Shown here piece by piece: positions 25,959 through 35,705 of a stretch of 63,038 nucleotides of DNA. The DNA is taken from assembly GCA_045118535.1 (NCBI GenBank), contig JBGUYG010000030.1, positions 1 to 63,038 on the forward strand. The letters are read 5' to 3'. Numbering within the stretch: position 1 is the stretch's first letter; the number at the start of each line of letters is the position of its first letter. Source of the stretch: Paludibacteraceae bacterium (GTDB lineage: Bacteria > Bacteroidota > Bacteroidia > Bacteroidales > Paludibacteraceae). The notes under the pieces were generated by a model. The model saw only the letters and a program-made list of their open reading frames with translations, was not told the DNA's origin and searched no databases. A program made the position numbers and the translations under genes.

Positions 25959-27440
25959 ATGGCATTAAAATTTATGACGGCTCAAGAGGCAGCCGAATTT
26001 GTGAACAATGGTGATATAGTTGGTATGGGTGGTTTTACGCCTGCTGGTGCACCAAAAGATGTTCCAACCGCAATTGCACACAAAGCTGAGAAGTTGCACG
26101 CAGAAGGCAAACCTTTCAAGATTGGTATGTACACAGGTGCTTCAACGGGCGACTCGTGCGATGGAATGTTGGCACGGGCTCAAGCAGTGGAGTTCAGAAC
26201 GCCGTATCAAAGTACGAAGGATATGCGTGCAGAGTTGAACAAACAAAATATCCACTACTTTGATTTGCATTTGAGCGAGTTGGCACAAAATATCCGCTAT
26301 GGCTTTTTGCCCAAACCCGATGTAGCCATCGTGGAGGCTTGTATCGTAACCGAAGACGGGGAGATTGTACCAACGGCTGGTGTGGGAAATATGACGACTT
26401 TCTGCCACTTGGCTGACAAAATTATTGTGGAGTTGAACGAAGCTATGCCGGCTTGTATGCGTGGTTTGCACGACATCTACGAACCTGCTGACCCACCTTA
26501 CCGCAAAGAGATTCCAATCTACAAACCCTCTGACCGTATCGGCTCGGATTGCATCAAAGTGGACCCGAAAAAAATCGTGGCAGTGGTGAAAACCAACCGT
26601 CCAAACGAAGTGGGTAAGTTCACCGAATTGGACGAGACAACCAAACGTATTGGCGACAACGTGGCAGCCTTTTTGGAAGGCGAAATGAAAGCAGGTCGTA
26701 TTCCAAAGTCGTTCTTACCGATTCAAAGTGGTGTGGGCAATATCGCTAACGCTGTCTTGGGTGCTTTGGGCGAAAACCCACATATCCCCGCTTTTGAGAT
26801 GTACACCGAAGTGATTCAAGACTCGGTGGTTGGCTTGCTCAAAGAGGGTCGCGTGAAGTTCGCAAGTGGTTGCTCGCTTACGATTGGAGCCGATAAGTTG
26901 CAAGACATCGTTGACCATATTGATTTCTTCCGCGATAAAATCGTGTTGCGTCCACAAGAGTTGAGTAACAACCCTGAATTGATTCGTCGTATGGGTTTGA
27001 TTACGATTAACACGGCTTTGGAAGCAGATATTTTTGGTAACATCAACTCAACGCACGTCTTGGGAACGAAGATGATGAATGGTATCGGTGGTAGTGGCGA
27101 CTTTACCCGCAATGCTTACGTAAGTATCTACACCACGCCTTCAACGGCAAAAGACGGTGCTATCTCGGCTATCGTTCCGATGGTGAGCCACATGGACCAC
27201 TCCGAACACAGCGTCAAGATACTTATCACTGAAAATGGTATCGCTGACTTACGTGGCAAGAGTCCTATCCAACGTGCTCACGAAATCATCGAGAACTGCG
27301 TTGCTGACGAATACAAAGATTTGTTGCGGAGTTACTTGAAGACCTGCTCAACCGCACATACGCCCCATAACTTGCACAAAGCATTCAATATGCACGAGGC
27401 TTTTGCAGAGTTGGGCGACATGCGTAAGGCAACATTCTAA
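25959..27440 (+). CDS. acetyl-CoA hydrolase/transferase family protein (succinate/propionate CoA-transferase type)
   Basis: GMGGFTPAGAPK, ...SGVGNIANAVL... and ...GIGGSGDFTRNA... are typical Cat1/ScpC family motifs. Length is 493 aa. Confidence 0.9.
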   Translation: MALKFMTAQEAAEFVNNGDIVGMGGFTPAGAPKDVPTAIAHKAEKLHAEGKPFKIGMYTGASTGDSCDGMLARAQAVEFRTPYQSTKDMRAELNKQNIHYFDLHLSELAQNIRYGFLPKPDVAIVEACIVTEDGEIVPTAGVGNMTTFCHLADKIIVELNEAMPACMRGLHDIYEPADPPYRKEIPIYKPSDRIGSDCIKVDPKKIVAVVKTNRPNEVGKFTELDETTKRIGDNVAAFLEGEMKAGRIPKSFLPIQSGVGNIANAVLGALGENPHIPAFEMYTEVIQDSVVGLLKEGRVKFASGCSLTIGADKLQDIVDHIDFFRDKIVLRPQELSNNPELIRRMGLITINTALEADIFGNINSTHVLGTKMMNGIGGSGDFTRNAYVSIYTTPSTAKDGAISAIVPMVSHMDHSEHSVKILITENGIADLRGKSPIQRAHEIIENCVADEYKDLLRSYLKTCSTAHTPHNLHKAFNMHEAFAELGDMRKATF

Positions 27441-27443
27441 ACT

Positions 27444-28043
27444 ATGCTCATCAAAACGCTTGGCATCGTTTTAGGGTGGCAGCAACACAAGGATAACGTT
27501 ACGTTATTACATCTTTTCACACAGTCCGAGGGTCGTATGACTTTCGGGCTGTATGGTAATAAGCATAAGCCTGCACTTGCGTACCTGTCGATTGTGGAGA
27601 TAACGTACCATTCGACCTCGAAACCCGTTCAAAACATCAACTCAATCGAGCGGGCTTTTGTTCCCCAAAAAATACCTTTTGACCCTGTGCGACAGTGCAT
27701 TGCGATGTTTATGGCAGAACTATTGCATATCACGCTGCGGCATCCGTTGCCCGATGATGCGTTGTTTGCCTACACACAAAACATAATAGAGGAGTTGGAT
27801 AGGGCAGAAAATGTGAGCAATTTGCACCTGCATTTTATGGTGGGTTTGGCACAACATCTGGGATTTTCCATCGATTTCAACGATCCAATCAACGAAGTTT
27901 TGTTGCCTTTGTTTTCGGATAATCCGATTGGGCGAAAAGAACGTCAGGCGATGCTGTTTTATTTGTGTTCGTACTACGAAGGGCACATAGATAATTTTTC
28001 TAAACCCCATTCGCTGCCGATTTTAACCGAAATTTTCAGTTAA
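27444..28043 (+). CDS. recO: DNA repair protein RecO (short form)
   Basis: A RecO-like N-terminal OB-fold segment (TLGIVLGWQQHKDNVTLLHLFTQSEGRMTF) and helical remainder. At 199 aa it is shorter than usual. Confidence 0.6.
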   Translation: MLIKTLGIVLGWQQHKDNVTLLHLFTQSEGRMTFGLYGNKHKPALAYLSIVEITYHSTSKPVQNINSIERAFVPQKIPFDPVRQCIAMFMAELLHITLRHPLPDDALFAYTQNIIEELDRAENVSNLHLHFMVGLAQHLGFSIDFNDPINEVLLPLFSDNPIGRKERQAMLFYLCSYYEGHIDNFSKPHSLPILTEIFS

Positions 28044-28987
28044 CCGATTCGATATTTTTCGTTTTCGTCCGTGAGCATATTGAGGTAACTCTCGTAGCGA
28101 CTGAGGGCAATGTCGCCATTTTTTACGGCTTGCAAAACGGCACAATGGGCTTCGTGCGTATGCGAACAATCGGAAAAACGACATTGCTGAGCGTACTGAA
28201 AAATATCCTTGAAGTAGTGCGTGATTTCCTCTTTTTTCATATCCACCGATCCGAAACCTTTGATTCCGGGTGCGTCGATGATGCGGATGTCATTCGTCAG
28301 ATGGTACATTTGTGAAAAAGTGGTGGTGTGCATCCCTTTGTGGTGAACCCGCGACAAATCGCCCACTTTGGCAGTCGTTTCGCCACACAAAGCATTGATA
28401 AAAGACGATTTCCCGACACCCGAATGTCCACTCAACAGCGTTATTTTGTGGCTTAAAAGTGCCATCAACTCGCCTTTCACGTCTTCGCAATCCAAGCAAG
28501 AGAGAGCGTAACAGGTGTAGCCGATTTTTTGATACAAGTCCCTCAAGGCTTGCAGTTGCTGTTTTTCGGCTTCGTGGTAAAGGTCTATCTTGTTGAAAAT
28601 CATACAAATTGGCACTTCATACGCTTCGGCTGTTGCCAAAAAGCGGTCTATAAATGTGGTGGTCGTTACGGGATTGGTGATGGTAACCATCAGGATTGCC
28701 AAGTCAATGTTTGCGGCTAAGATGTGGGTTTGTTTGCTCAGGTTGGTGGACTTGCGGACGATGTAGTTTTTGCGGTCGTAAATCTCGGTTATCCAGCCTT
28801 GCTCGTCCACTTCCACCCAATCGCCAACCACGACTGGATTGGTGCTGCGGATATTTTGCAACCGCATATTGCCTTTGATGTCGGCGGAAACGATTTTGGG
28901 CGTTTGGGAAACAGAAACAGCAACACTTTCTGGAGGAATTTCGACCAAATAGTTATTGCTGTTTATCTTGATAACAAGTCCTTTCAT
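28040..28987 (-). CDS. rsgA: ribosome small-subunit-dependent GTPase A
   Basis: N-terminal OB domain, circularly permuted GTPase motifs (NKIDL ... GHSGVGKSSFINAL) and a C-terminal Zn motif CRFSDCSHTHEAHCAV. Confidence 0.9.
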   Translation of the reverse strand: MKGLVIKINSNNYLVEIPPESVAVSVSQTPKIVSADIKGNMRLQNIRSTNPVVVGDWVEVDEQGWITEIYDRKNYIVRKSTNLSKQTHILAANIDLAILMVTITNPVTTTTFIDRFLATAEAYEVPICMIFNKIDLYHEAEKQQLQALRDLYQKIGYTCYALSCLDCEDVKGELMALLSHKITLLSGHSGVGKSSFINALCGETTAKVGDLSRVHHKGMHTTTFSQMYHLTNDIRIIDAPGIKGFGSVDMKKEEITHYFKDIFQYAQQCRFSDCSHTHEAHCAVLQAVKNGDIALSRYESYLNMLTDENEKYRIG

Positions 28988-28990
28988 TTG

Positions 28991-29066
28991 TGGTAGTGCT
29001 ATCGGGATTCGAACCCGAGTTTACGGCGTGAGAGGCCGTTGTCCTAGACCCCTAGACGATAGCACC
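28991..29066 (-). tRNA. tRNA-Glu (anticodon CUC), CCA encoded
   Basis: The reverse complement is GGTGCTA-TC-GTCT-AGGGGTCTA-GGAC-A-ACGGC-CTCTCAC-GCCGT-AAAC-TCGGG-TTCGAAT-CCCGA-TAGCACT-A-CCA. There is a G1.U72 wobble at the top of the acceptor stem. Confidence 0.85.
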
Positions 29067-29144
29067 CAGAAAATCTACGCACCACGAAAGTAATATAATT
29101 TTTTTATTTCACGCACTTTTTTAAAACATTTTGCAAACTGAATG

Positions 29145-29167
29145 TTACAAAGAAACTTTTTTTGTAA
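29145..29167 (+). promoter_or_regulatory. inverted repeat TTACAAA-N9-TTTGTAA upstream of the TetR gene (candidate operator)
   Basis: A perfect 7-bp inverted repeat lies ~60 nt upstream of the TetR-family regulator start. A second repeat, AACATT-N10-AATGTT, lies at 29125-29146. Confidence 0.2.
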
Positions 29168-29228
29168 AAATAGTTTCCATTTTAAAAAATAATACTATTT
29201 TCGCAAGCGTTTTGTCGCAGAAAAAAAC

Positions 29229-29846
29229 ATGGCAGATGTAAAAGAGAATATAATTAATGTTACAGTGGATTTGATGTGCAAGGTGGGCATAAAATCGATC
29301 ACGGTTGATGATATTGCCCAACAACTTGGCATCTCCAAAAAAACGTTTTACCAGCATTTCGCCAACAAAGAAGAGTTGGTGGAGTTGGTTTTGACGATTT
29401 TGGAACAAAAACAAAGCGAGCGAATCAACAAGTATTTGAGCAACAGTAATTTTATAGATGTTGTGATGGATGCGTTCCATTTTTATAATAATGTTGCTCC
29501 CACATTGCATAAAACGCCGTCTTTTGTGTACGATTTGCATAAATACTACCCGCAATTGGAGAAAGTGCATATCCAAAACACGCGTCAAAATCAAATCAAT
29601 TTCTTGCGTGAAATGTTGCAACGAGGCAAAAAAGAAGGTTTTTTGTGGGAAGATTTGGAGGTGGAAATCACGGCGAATTTACTCAATATGTTGTATGAAA
29701 ATGTGTTGCACAAGATGATTTTGGAAGAGGAAAAAGACCAAGTCGCTGTTTTTATTCGCAATATCTTGAAGATTTTTGCCAAAGGACTTCTTTCTCCGTT
29801 TGGTGTTGAACAAATACAAAAGCAATTAAATAAAAAAGATATATGA
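29229..29846 (+). CDS. TetR/AcrR-family transcriptional regulator
   Basis: An N-terminal HTH (GIKSITVDDIAQQLGISKKTFYQHFANKEELV). It is the first gene of the efflux operon, and its stop overlaps the next start. Confidence 0.9.
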   Translation: MADVKENIINVTVDLMCKVGIKSITVDDIAQQLGISKKTFYQHFANKEELVELVLTILEQKQSERINKYLSNSNFIDVVMDAFHFYNNVAPTLHKTPSFVYDLHKYYPQLEKVHIQNTRQNQINFLREMLQRGKKEGFLWEDLEVEITANLLNMLYENVLHKMILEEEKDQVAVFIRNILKIFAKGLLSPFGVEQIQKQLNKKDI

Positions 29847-31177
29847 TAATGAACCGAAAAACATTGATTACTGTTTTTTTACTGTTTTTACATTGCGGTT
29901 TGAAGGCTCAAACAGATGTGGCAGATAGTGTTCGCCTTGATACGGTTGACTACATACAAGTTGGTCTGCTTCAAGCACAAGACTACGCTATTGCTCACAA
30001 CAAGAGTTTTGAAAACGCAAGTTTAGACGTAAAAAAAGCACGGGTACAGCGTTGGCAAACCATTGCGGCAATGCTCCCACAAGTAGATGCGAATGGCACG
30101 TATGTCAATATGTTGGATTATTCGACTGAGTTGGGGCAGACAGGGATGAAAATTGCGATGCCTTCGTATATCACGGGTGGTGTAACGGCAAGTATTGCTG
30201 TCAATGGGCAGATGGTAGTGGGTGCGTTGCTCAACTCGGTGGCGTTGGATATGCAAAAAATTACGTATGACAAAAGTCAAACCGAGTTGCGAGGCAACGT
30301 AACCAAGAGTTATGTGGCTGTACTGGTTATGCAGGAGATTTTAGGACTGCTGAGAAATAGTTATGCTAACCTCGAAAAAGTGGCAGAACAAACCCACAAG
30401 ATGGCAGAAGTAGGAACGGTTGAGTCAACGGCTGCCGACCAGATTGATATTCGTCTGACGGCTTTGCAGAACAGCATTAAAGCCAATGAACGTAACTTGA
30501 AGTTGGCAACCAATTCCTTACGCGTTTTGATGGGAATGAACGAAAGAGAGCACCTTGTACTCGTTGATAAAATTGAGGATATTATGTCGGAAGAAAACGT
30601 GTTGGTGGCTTTGGAAGACCATTTTGTGATAGCCGATAATCACAACTACCGACTGTTGGAAAAGCAGGTGGAACTTGCCAAGAAGAATGTTCATTTAGCC
30701 GCTTGGGCGTATGGACCTACCGTGTCGTTTGCTTATCAGTACTCAAAGCGAAAATATCTTTCCGATGAATCAACGATGAATATGAACCCACCTCACACGG
30801 TTTCGTTAACGCTTGCGATGCCTATCTTGTCAAGCGGGAAGCGTCTTGCGGGTGTGAGGGAGAAAAAGATTAGCTTAGAGCAGGCACGTAATACCCTCTT
30901 GGAAACAAAGGATAACTTAGGTATCCAAGACCAGCAACTGCGTTTCAACCTCGCTAATGCGTACGAGACGTATGTGAATGAAAAAAGTAACATCAAGGTG
31001 GTGCAACACGTATTTGATAACACGGCGAACAAATACCGCACAGGCTCGGCGTCTGCATTAGAACTCGCTACGGCTTCTAATGACTTAATTAGTGCACAAT
31101 CGACATACGTACAAGCCGTTTTGACGATGATTCAGGCACAAGTAGAATTAAATATATTTTTGAATAATAAAAGATGA
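29843..31177 (+). CDS. TolC-family outer-membrane efflux protein
   Basis: Signal peptide plus two OEP repeats with typical coiled-coil sequence. It is positioned in the RND operon. Confidence 0.9.
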   Translation: MIMNRKTLITVFLLFLHCGLKAQTDVADSVRLDTVDYIQVGLLQAQDYAIAHNKSFENASLDVKKARVQRWQTIAAMLPQVDANGTYVNMLDYSTELGQTGMKIAMPSYITGGVTASIAVNGQMVVGALLNSVALDMQKITYDKSQTELRGNVTKSYVAVLVMQEILGLLRNSYANLEKVAEQTHKMAEVGTVESTAADQIDIRLTALQNSIKANERNLKLATNSLRVLMGMNEREHLVLVDKIEDIMSEENVLVALEDHFVIADNHNYRLLEKQVELAKKNVHLAAWAYGPTVSFAYQYSKRKYLSDESTMNMNPPHTVSLTLAMPILSSGKRLAGVREKKISLEQARNTLLETKDNLGIQDQQLRFNLANAYETYVNEKSNIKVVQHVFDNTANKYRTGSASALELATASNDLISAQSTYVQAVLTMIQAQVELNIFLNNKR

Positions 31178-31181
31178 TGAT

Positions 31182-32204
31182 ATGAAAAAAATTGCAGTTT
31201 ATTTATTGGTTTTATCAAGTTTTGTAGCGTGTTCAAAAGGAACGACTACCCAACAAACAGAAGAAGAAAAAGCCGAAGTGGTTCAAACGATTATTTTGCA
31301 ACCGCGATTAGTACAACGAAACCTCCAAGTGAGTTCGAATCTTTTGGGCTACCAAACCCTCAATGTTGCTCCGTCTATCACAGGAAAAATAGAACATATT
31401 TTTGTGGAAGTGGGCGATAGAAAAGAGGAAGGCGATATGTTGGTGCGTATGACCCAAACGCAATTCCGCACTGCTAAGTTGACGATGGAGAACTTGGCCG
31501 TTGAAAAGCAACGTATGGACGAACTCATCAAAGACGGGTCGGTTTCGCAACAAGCATACGACCAACTCAAATTAAGTTATGACCAAGCCGCAGAAAACCT
31601 GAATTTCTTGGAACTCAACACGTTCTACAGGGCACCGTTTGCAGGCGTCGTTTCGGCAAGAAATTATGACGATGGCGAAACTTATTTGGGACAACAACCG
31701 ATTTTGGTTTATACGCAAGTGAATAAACTCAAAACGATTATCGCTATCCCCGAACGCTATTATCCGCGTATTAAAAACGGTATGGCTTTGACGCTCAAAA
31801 CGGAGGTGTATCCAGAACGGACGTTCCGTGGCTTTATTGAAGTGGTTTATCCTACGATTGATGCCACTACGCATACCTTCCAATGCAAAGTGCAAATTCC
31901 CAACGGCGACAATGCTCTCAAACCAGGTATGTATGTTACCACTTCGCTCAATTTGGGTGATGAAAAAACCATCGTTGTGCCGTATCAATCGGTAGAAAAA
32001 TTGATTGGTTCGAACGACCGTTATGTCTTCTTGAATGAAGATGGTCGTGCCAAACGCGTAACCGTTACGTTGGGCGAGCGTTATGACGAAGATGTGGAAA
32101 TTTTTGCACCCGAAATCAAAGAAGGAGCCGAATATGTTGTTTATGGACAGCGTAAACTCGTAGACGGGAAGAAAATAGAAGTTGCAAACAACCAAACATT
32201 ATAA
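31182..32204 (+). CDS. RND efflux periplasmic adaptor (membrane fusion protein)
   Basis: Lipobox SSFVAC plus biotinyl-lipoyl-like and beta-barrel segments (APFAGVVSARN..., LKPGMYV). Confidence 0.9.
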   Translation: MKKIAVYLLVLSSFVACSKGTTTQQTEEEKAEVVQTIILQPRLVQRNLQVSSNLLGYQTLNVAPSITGKIEHIFVEVGDRKEEGDMLVRMTQTQFRTAKLTMENLAVEKQRMDELIKDGSVSQQAYDQLKLSYDQAAENLNFLELNTFYRAPFAGVVSARNYDDGETYLGQQPILVYTQVNKLKTIIAIPERYYPRIKNGMALTLKTEVYPERTFRGFIEVVYPTIDATTHTFQCKVQIPNGDNALKPGMYVTTSLNLGDEKTIVVPYQSVEKLIGSNDRYVFLNEDGRAKRVTVTLGERYDEDVEIFAPEIKEGAEYVVYGQRKLVDGKKIEVANNQTL

Positions 32205-32216
32205 AACGAAAGCATT

Positions 32217-35200
32217 ATGAGTATCTATAAAACGTCGATACAAAAGCCGGTAACCACCCTGCTGATCTTCCTTGCGGTGATTATTGTGGGAGTGTTCTGT
32301 TACGTGCAGTTGCCTGTCGACCAATTCCCAGAAATGGACCCGCCGTATATCACGGTGCTAACTACCTATCCGGGTGCGAGTGCCTCCGAAATGGAGACTA
32401 ACGTTACCAAGATATTGGAAAACTCCCTTACGTCCGTCACTCACCTCAAACATCTAACTTCGCAGTCGAAGGATAACATGTCCATGGTGATGCTGGAACT
32501 GGAATGGGGCTCGAATATAGATGAGGCGGTCAACGATATACGATCATTCGTGGATATGACCAAGGATAATCTGCCCGACAACTGTGGAACGCCGATTATC
32601 TTCAAATTATCCACGAGTAGTATGCCTATTTACCAGTGTTCGTTCACTGCCAAAGAAAGTTATTCGGGCTTGGATAAGATACTGAACGACGAGGTCATCC
32701 CGCAGTTGAACCAAATTGACGGAATCGGTAACGTGTCTTTTTCAGGTTCCCCAAAACGGTATGTTTATGTGGATATTGACCAAGAAAAATTAGATGCCTA
32801 CGGACTCACCTTGGAGCAAGTCGGAAACATCGTTACTGCCAATAACCTCAACCTCTCCAGCGGTACGGTAAAGATGGAAAAAGAGCAGTATCAGATGCAG
32901 GTGCGTTCGGAGTACTTGGATTCCAAAGAGATAGAATCGCTTTTGCTCACCACAACGCTCACAGGGCAACAGGTCTTTGTGCGTGATATTGCTACGGTGC
33001 GTGATACGATCAAGGACTTGACGTTAGATGAAAAGACGGACGGACGAGAGGCTGTGCGGTTGGTGGTGGCAAAACAAACGGGTGCAAATGCGGTGCAAGT
33101 GTGCCACAAAGTGAAAAGAGAGTTGGCTAAAATCCAAAAGACCTTACCGACTGATATTGAGATTCGCGAAATATGGGACTCGTCTTCGAATATCCAAAAC
33201 TCCATCAACTCGTTGGAAGAATCGGTGTTGTACGCATTGTTATTCGTGATTTTGGTGGTGCTGTTCTTCTTAGGAAGATGGCGTGCGACCTTCATCATTG
33301 GTATCACAATTCCTATCGCCCTCATCGTTTCGTTTATTTACTTGAAATTGGTGGATTCGTCGCTGAACATCATCTCGCTTTGTTCGTTGACGATTGCGAT
33401 TGGTATGGTGGTGGACGATGCGATTGTGGTGTTGGAAAACATTACGCACCATGTGGAGCGTGGCGAGAACCCGCGTGAAGCCGCTATCTACGGAACGAAC
33501 GAGGTGTGGGTGTCGGTTATTGCGACCACGCTCGTGTTGGTTGCCGTATTCGTGCCCTTGACGATGCTTACGGGTATGGCTGGTATCTTGTTCAAAGAAT
33601 TAGGTTGGATTGTAACGATTGTTTGTTGTACTTCAACCATTGTGGCTATCTCGCTTACGCCGATGCTTTGCTCCAAATTGTTGAAGGCAAGAAAAATGTA
33701 CGTCAACGAATTTGGCGACTTGGTAGAGGATAAAGACCACCAAACATGGTATGACAAGACGGTCGTTAAAATGTTGGATAAAATCGATAACGCTTACGCT
33801 CAGGCTTTGGGTTGGTGTTTGCAACATAAAGCGGCAACATTCGGGACCCTTTTCTTGGTGTTTGCTTTGTCGTTGTTGCCTGTGGTTTTTGGCAAAGTGG
33901 GAACGGACTTTATGCAAGCCCAAGATAACGCCCGCTTGTCTATTTCGCTCAAAGTGCAACGTGGAACGCGACTGGAACAAACTTTAAAAACGGCTCGCAA
34001 ATTGGAAGCACGTATCGTTGAATTGGTGCCTGAAACAGAACTGATTAACACCTCTGCGGGTTCCAACGAAGATGCTTCTATCTCGGCTTTGTTCTCCTCC
34101 ACAATGAACAACACTATCTCCATGCGAGTTCGCGTCAATAAGAAATGGGAACGTGAACGTACTATCTGGGATATTGCCGAAGTGGTGCGACAGGAGATTG
34201 CCAAGTACCCCGAAGTGATTGAATACCAAGTATCGACCGGCTCAGGTGGTGGTATGGGTGGTGCAAGTACGCTCGGCATCGAGATTTATGGTTATGATTT
34301 TGATAAGACATCGGCTTTGGCAGACCAACTAAGTCGACTCTCGATGGAGTTGCCGGGTGCCCGTGATGCACAAATATCGCGTGATGACGATGTCCCCGAA
34401 ATCAAAATCACCATTGATAAAGAAAAAGCGACTCGTTTGGGCTTAACCTCGGCAGCCGTTTCAACCTATTTGCGAAACCGCGTGTACGGTATGTCCAGTG
34501 GCTACCTCAAAGAAGACGGTTCGGAATACGACATCTTAGTGCGTTTGAAAGAGGAAAATCGTAACTCTATCTCCGACATTATGGATTTGACGATTCCAAC
34601 GCCAACGGGCAAGTCGGTCAAACTCTCCGAGATATGTTCTATCGGCGAATACTGGGCTCCTCCAACCATCGAGCGTAAGTCTCGCCAACGTATCGTAACG
34701 GTGAATATCACACCGTACAAGACCTCGTTGGGTGAGTTGGCGACGCAAGTGCAAGAGCAAGTCATTCCGAAGTTGGACGTGCCTTCGGGGTATGTCATCC
34801 GTTTTGGTGGCGACTACGAAGACCAACAAAACACTTTCCGCAACATCGCTATGTTGGGTGCCTTGATTATTTTCTTGGTGTACGTGGTGATGGCATCGCA
34901 GTTTGAGTCCTTCGGCAAGCCAGGTATCATTATGTTCTCTGTGCCGTTTGCTTTGTCGGGTGTGATTTTGGCACTCTGGATTTCGGGCAAATCGTTGGAT
35001 ATGATTGGTGCGTTGGGACTCGTGCTTTTGGTGGGTATTGTGGTGAAAAACGGTATCGTGTTGGTGGATTATATCAACCTGATGCGTGAACGTGGCTTGG
35101 AACTCAATGAAGCCATTCAGGTGTCGGGACGAAGCCGTTTGCGTCCTGTGCTTATGACGGCATTTACAACCGTTTTGGGTATGATTCCTATGGCTGTAAG

Positions 35201-35414
35201 TTCGGGTGAAGGTGCCGAGATGTGGCAACCGTTGGGTATTGTGGTTATCGGTGGTTTGACCGTTTCCACGTTCTTGACGCTGTTCATCGTGCCTATTTTC
35301 TACGGTGCAACGTCTAAACATGGCGACCGCGACAAGAAAGCCGAAGTGCAGAAGAGCTTTATTTTCTTACAAATCAAAACCCCAAAAAATAAATCAGAGG
35401 AGGAAAAAGTATGA
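32217..35414 (+). CDS. RND-family efflux permease (AcrB/HAE1-like)
   Basis: A 1065-aa protein with 12-TM architecture and conserved RND motifs (SLCSLTIAIGMVVDDAIVVLENI, GLVLLVGIVVKNGIVLVDY). Confidence 0.95.
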   Translation: MSIYKTSIQKPVTTLLIFLAVIIVGVFCYVQLPVDQFPEMDPPYITVLTTYPGASASEMETNVTKILENSLTSVTHLKHLTSQSKDNMSMVMLELEWGSNIDEAVNDIRSFVDMTKDNLPDNCGTPIIFKLSTSSMPIYQCSFTAKESYSGLDKILNDEVIPQLNQIDGIGNVSFSGSPKRYVYVDIDQEKLDAYGLTLEQVGNIVTANNLNLSSGTVKMEKEQYQMQVRSEYLDSKEIESLLLTTTLTGQQVFVRDIATVRDTIKDLTLDEKTDGREAVRLVVAKQTGANAVQVCHKVKRELAKIQKTLPTDIEIREIWDSSSNIQNSINSLEESVLYALLFVILVVLFFLGRWRATFIIGITIPIALIVSFIYLKLVDSSLNIISLCSLTIAIGMVVDDAIVVLENITHHVERGENPREAAIYGTNEVWVSVIATTLVLVAVFVPLTMLTGMAGILFKELGWIVTIVCCTSTIVAISLTPMLCSKLLKARKMYVNEFGDLVEDKDHQTWYDKTVVKMLDKIDNAYAQALGWCLQHKAATFGTLFLVFALSLLPVVFGKVGTDFMQAQDNARLSISLKVQRGTRLEQTLKTARKLEARIVELVPETELINTSAGSNEDASISALFSSTMNNTISMRVRVNKKWERERTIWDIAEVVRQEIAKYPEVIEYQVSTGSGGGMGGASTLGIEIYGYDFDKTSALADQLSRLSMELPGARDAQISRDDDVPEIKITIDKEKATRLGLTSAAVSTYLRNRVYGMSSGYLKEDGSEYDILVRLKEENRNSISDIMDLTIPTPTGKSVKLSEICSIGEYWAPPTIERKSRQRIVTVNITPYKTSLGELATQVQEQVIPKLDVPSGYVIRFGGDYEDQQNTFRNIAMLGALIIFLVYVVMASQFESFGKPGIIMFSVPFALSGVILALWISGKSLDMIGALGLVLLVGIVVKNGIVLVDYINLMRERGLELNEAIQVSGRSRLRPVLMTAFTTVLGMIPMAVSSGEGAEMWQPLGIVVIGGLTVSTFLTLFIVPIFYGATSKHGDRDKKAEVQKSFIFLQIKTPKNKSEEEKV

Positions 35415-35704
35415 AAAGTGTAATGATTGTTTTTAATCAAGCCAACACTGAGCGTGTTGAATACTTGCTTGAATCGTTATCAATAAAAGGTTTTACGTTT
35501 TTTGAAGAAGTGCAGGGTAGTGGTACGCATACGGGCGTGCCACACCGAGGCACCCATGCGTGGCCTGAACTCAATTCGTGCATCATCACGGTCGTGGAAG
35601 ATAACCAAGTGGAACAACTCTTGGATTACGTCAAAAAATTGGATATGCGTAACGAAGAAGTGGGTGTACGAGCATTTACGTGGAACATTGAAATGACGGT
35701 ATAA
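35411..35704 (+). CDS. small P-II-like / transporter-associated protein
   Basis: A 97-aa protein whose start overlaps the RND stop (ATGA). The MIVFNQ...E.LL..L...G.T.F..V.G.G pattern suggests a P-II/DUF3240-like fold. From memory, it matches the small proteins that follow RND pumps in Porphyromonas and relatives. Confidence 0.5.
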   Translation: MKSVMIVFNQANTERVEYLLESLSIKGFTFFEEVQGSGTHTGVPHRGTHAWPELNSCIITVVEDNQVEQLLDYVKKLDMRNEEVGVRAFTWNIEMTV

Positions 35705-35705
35705 G

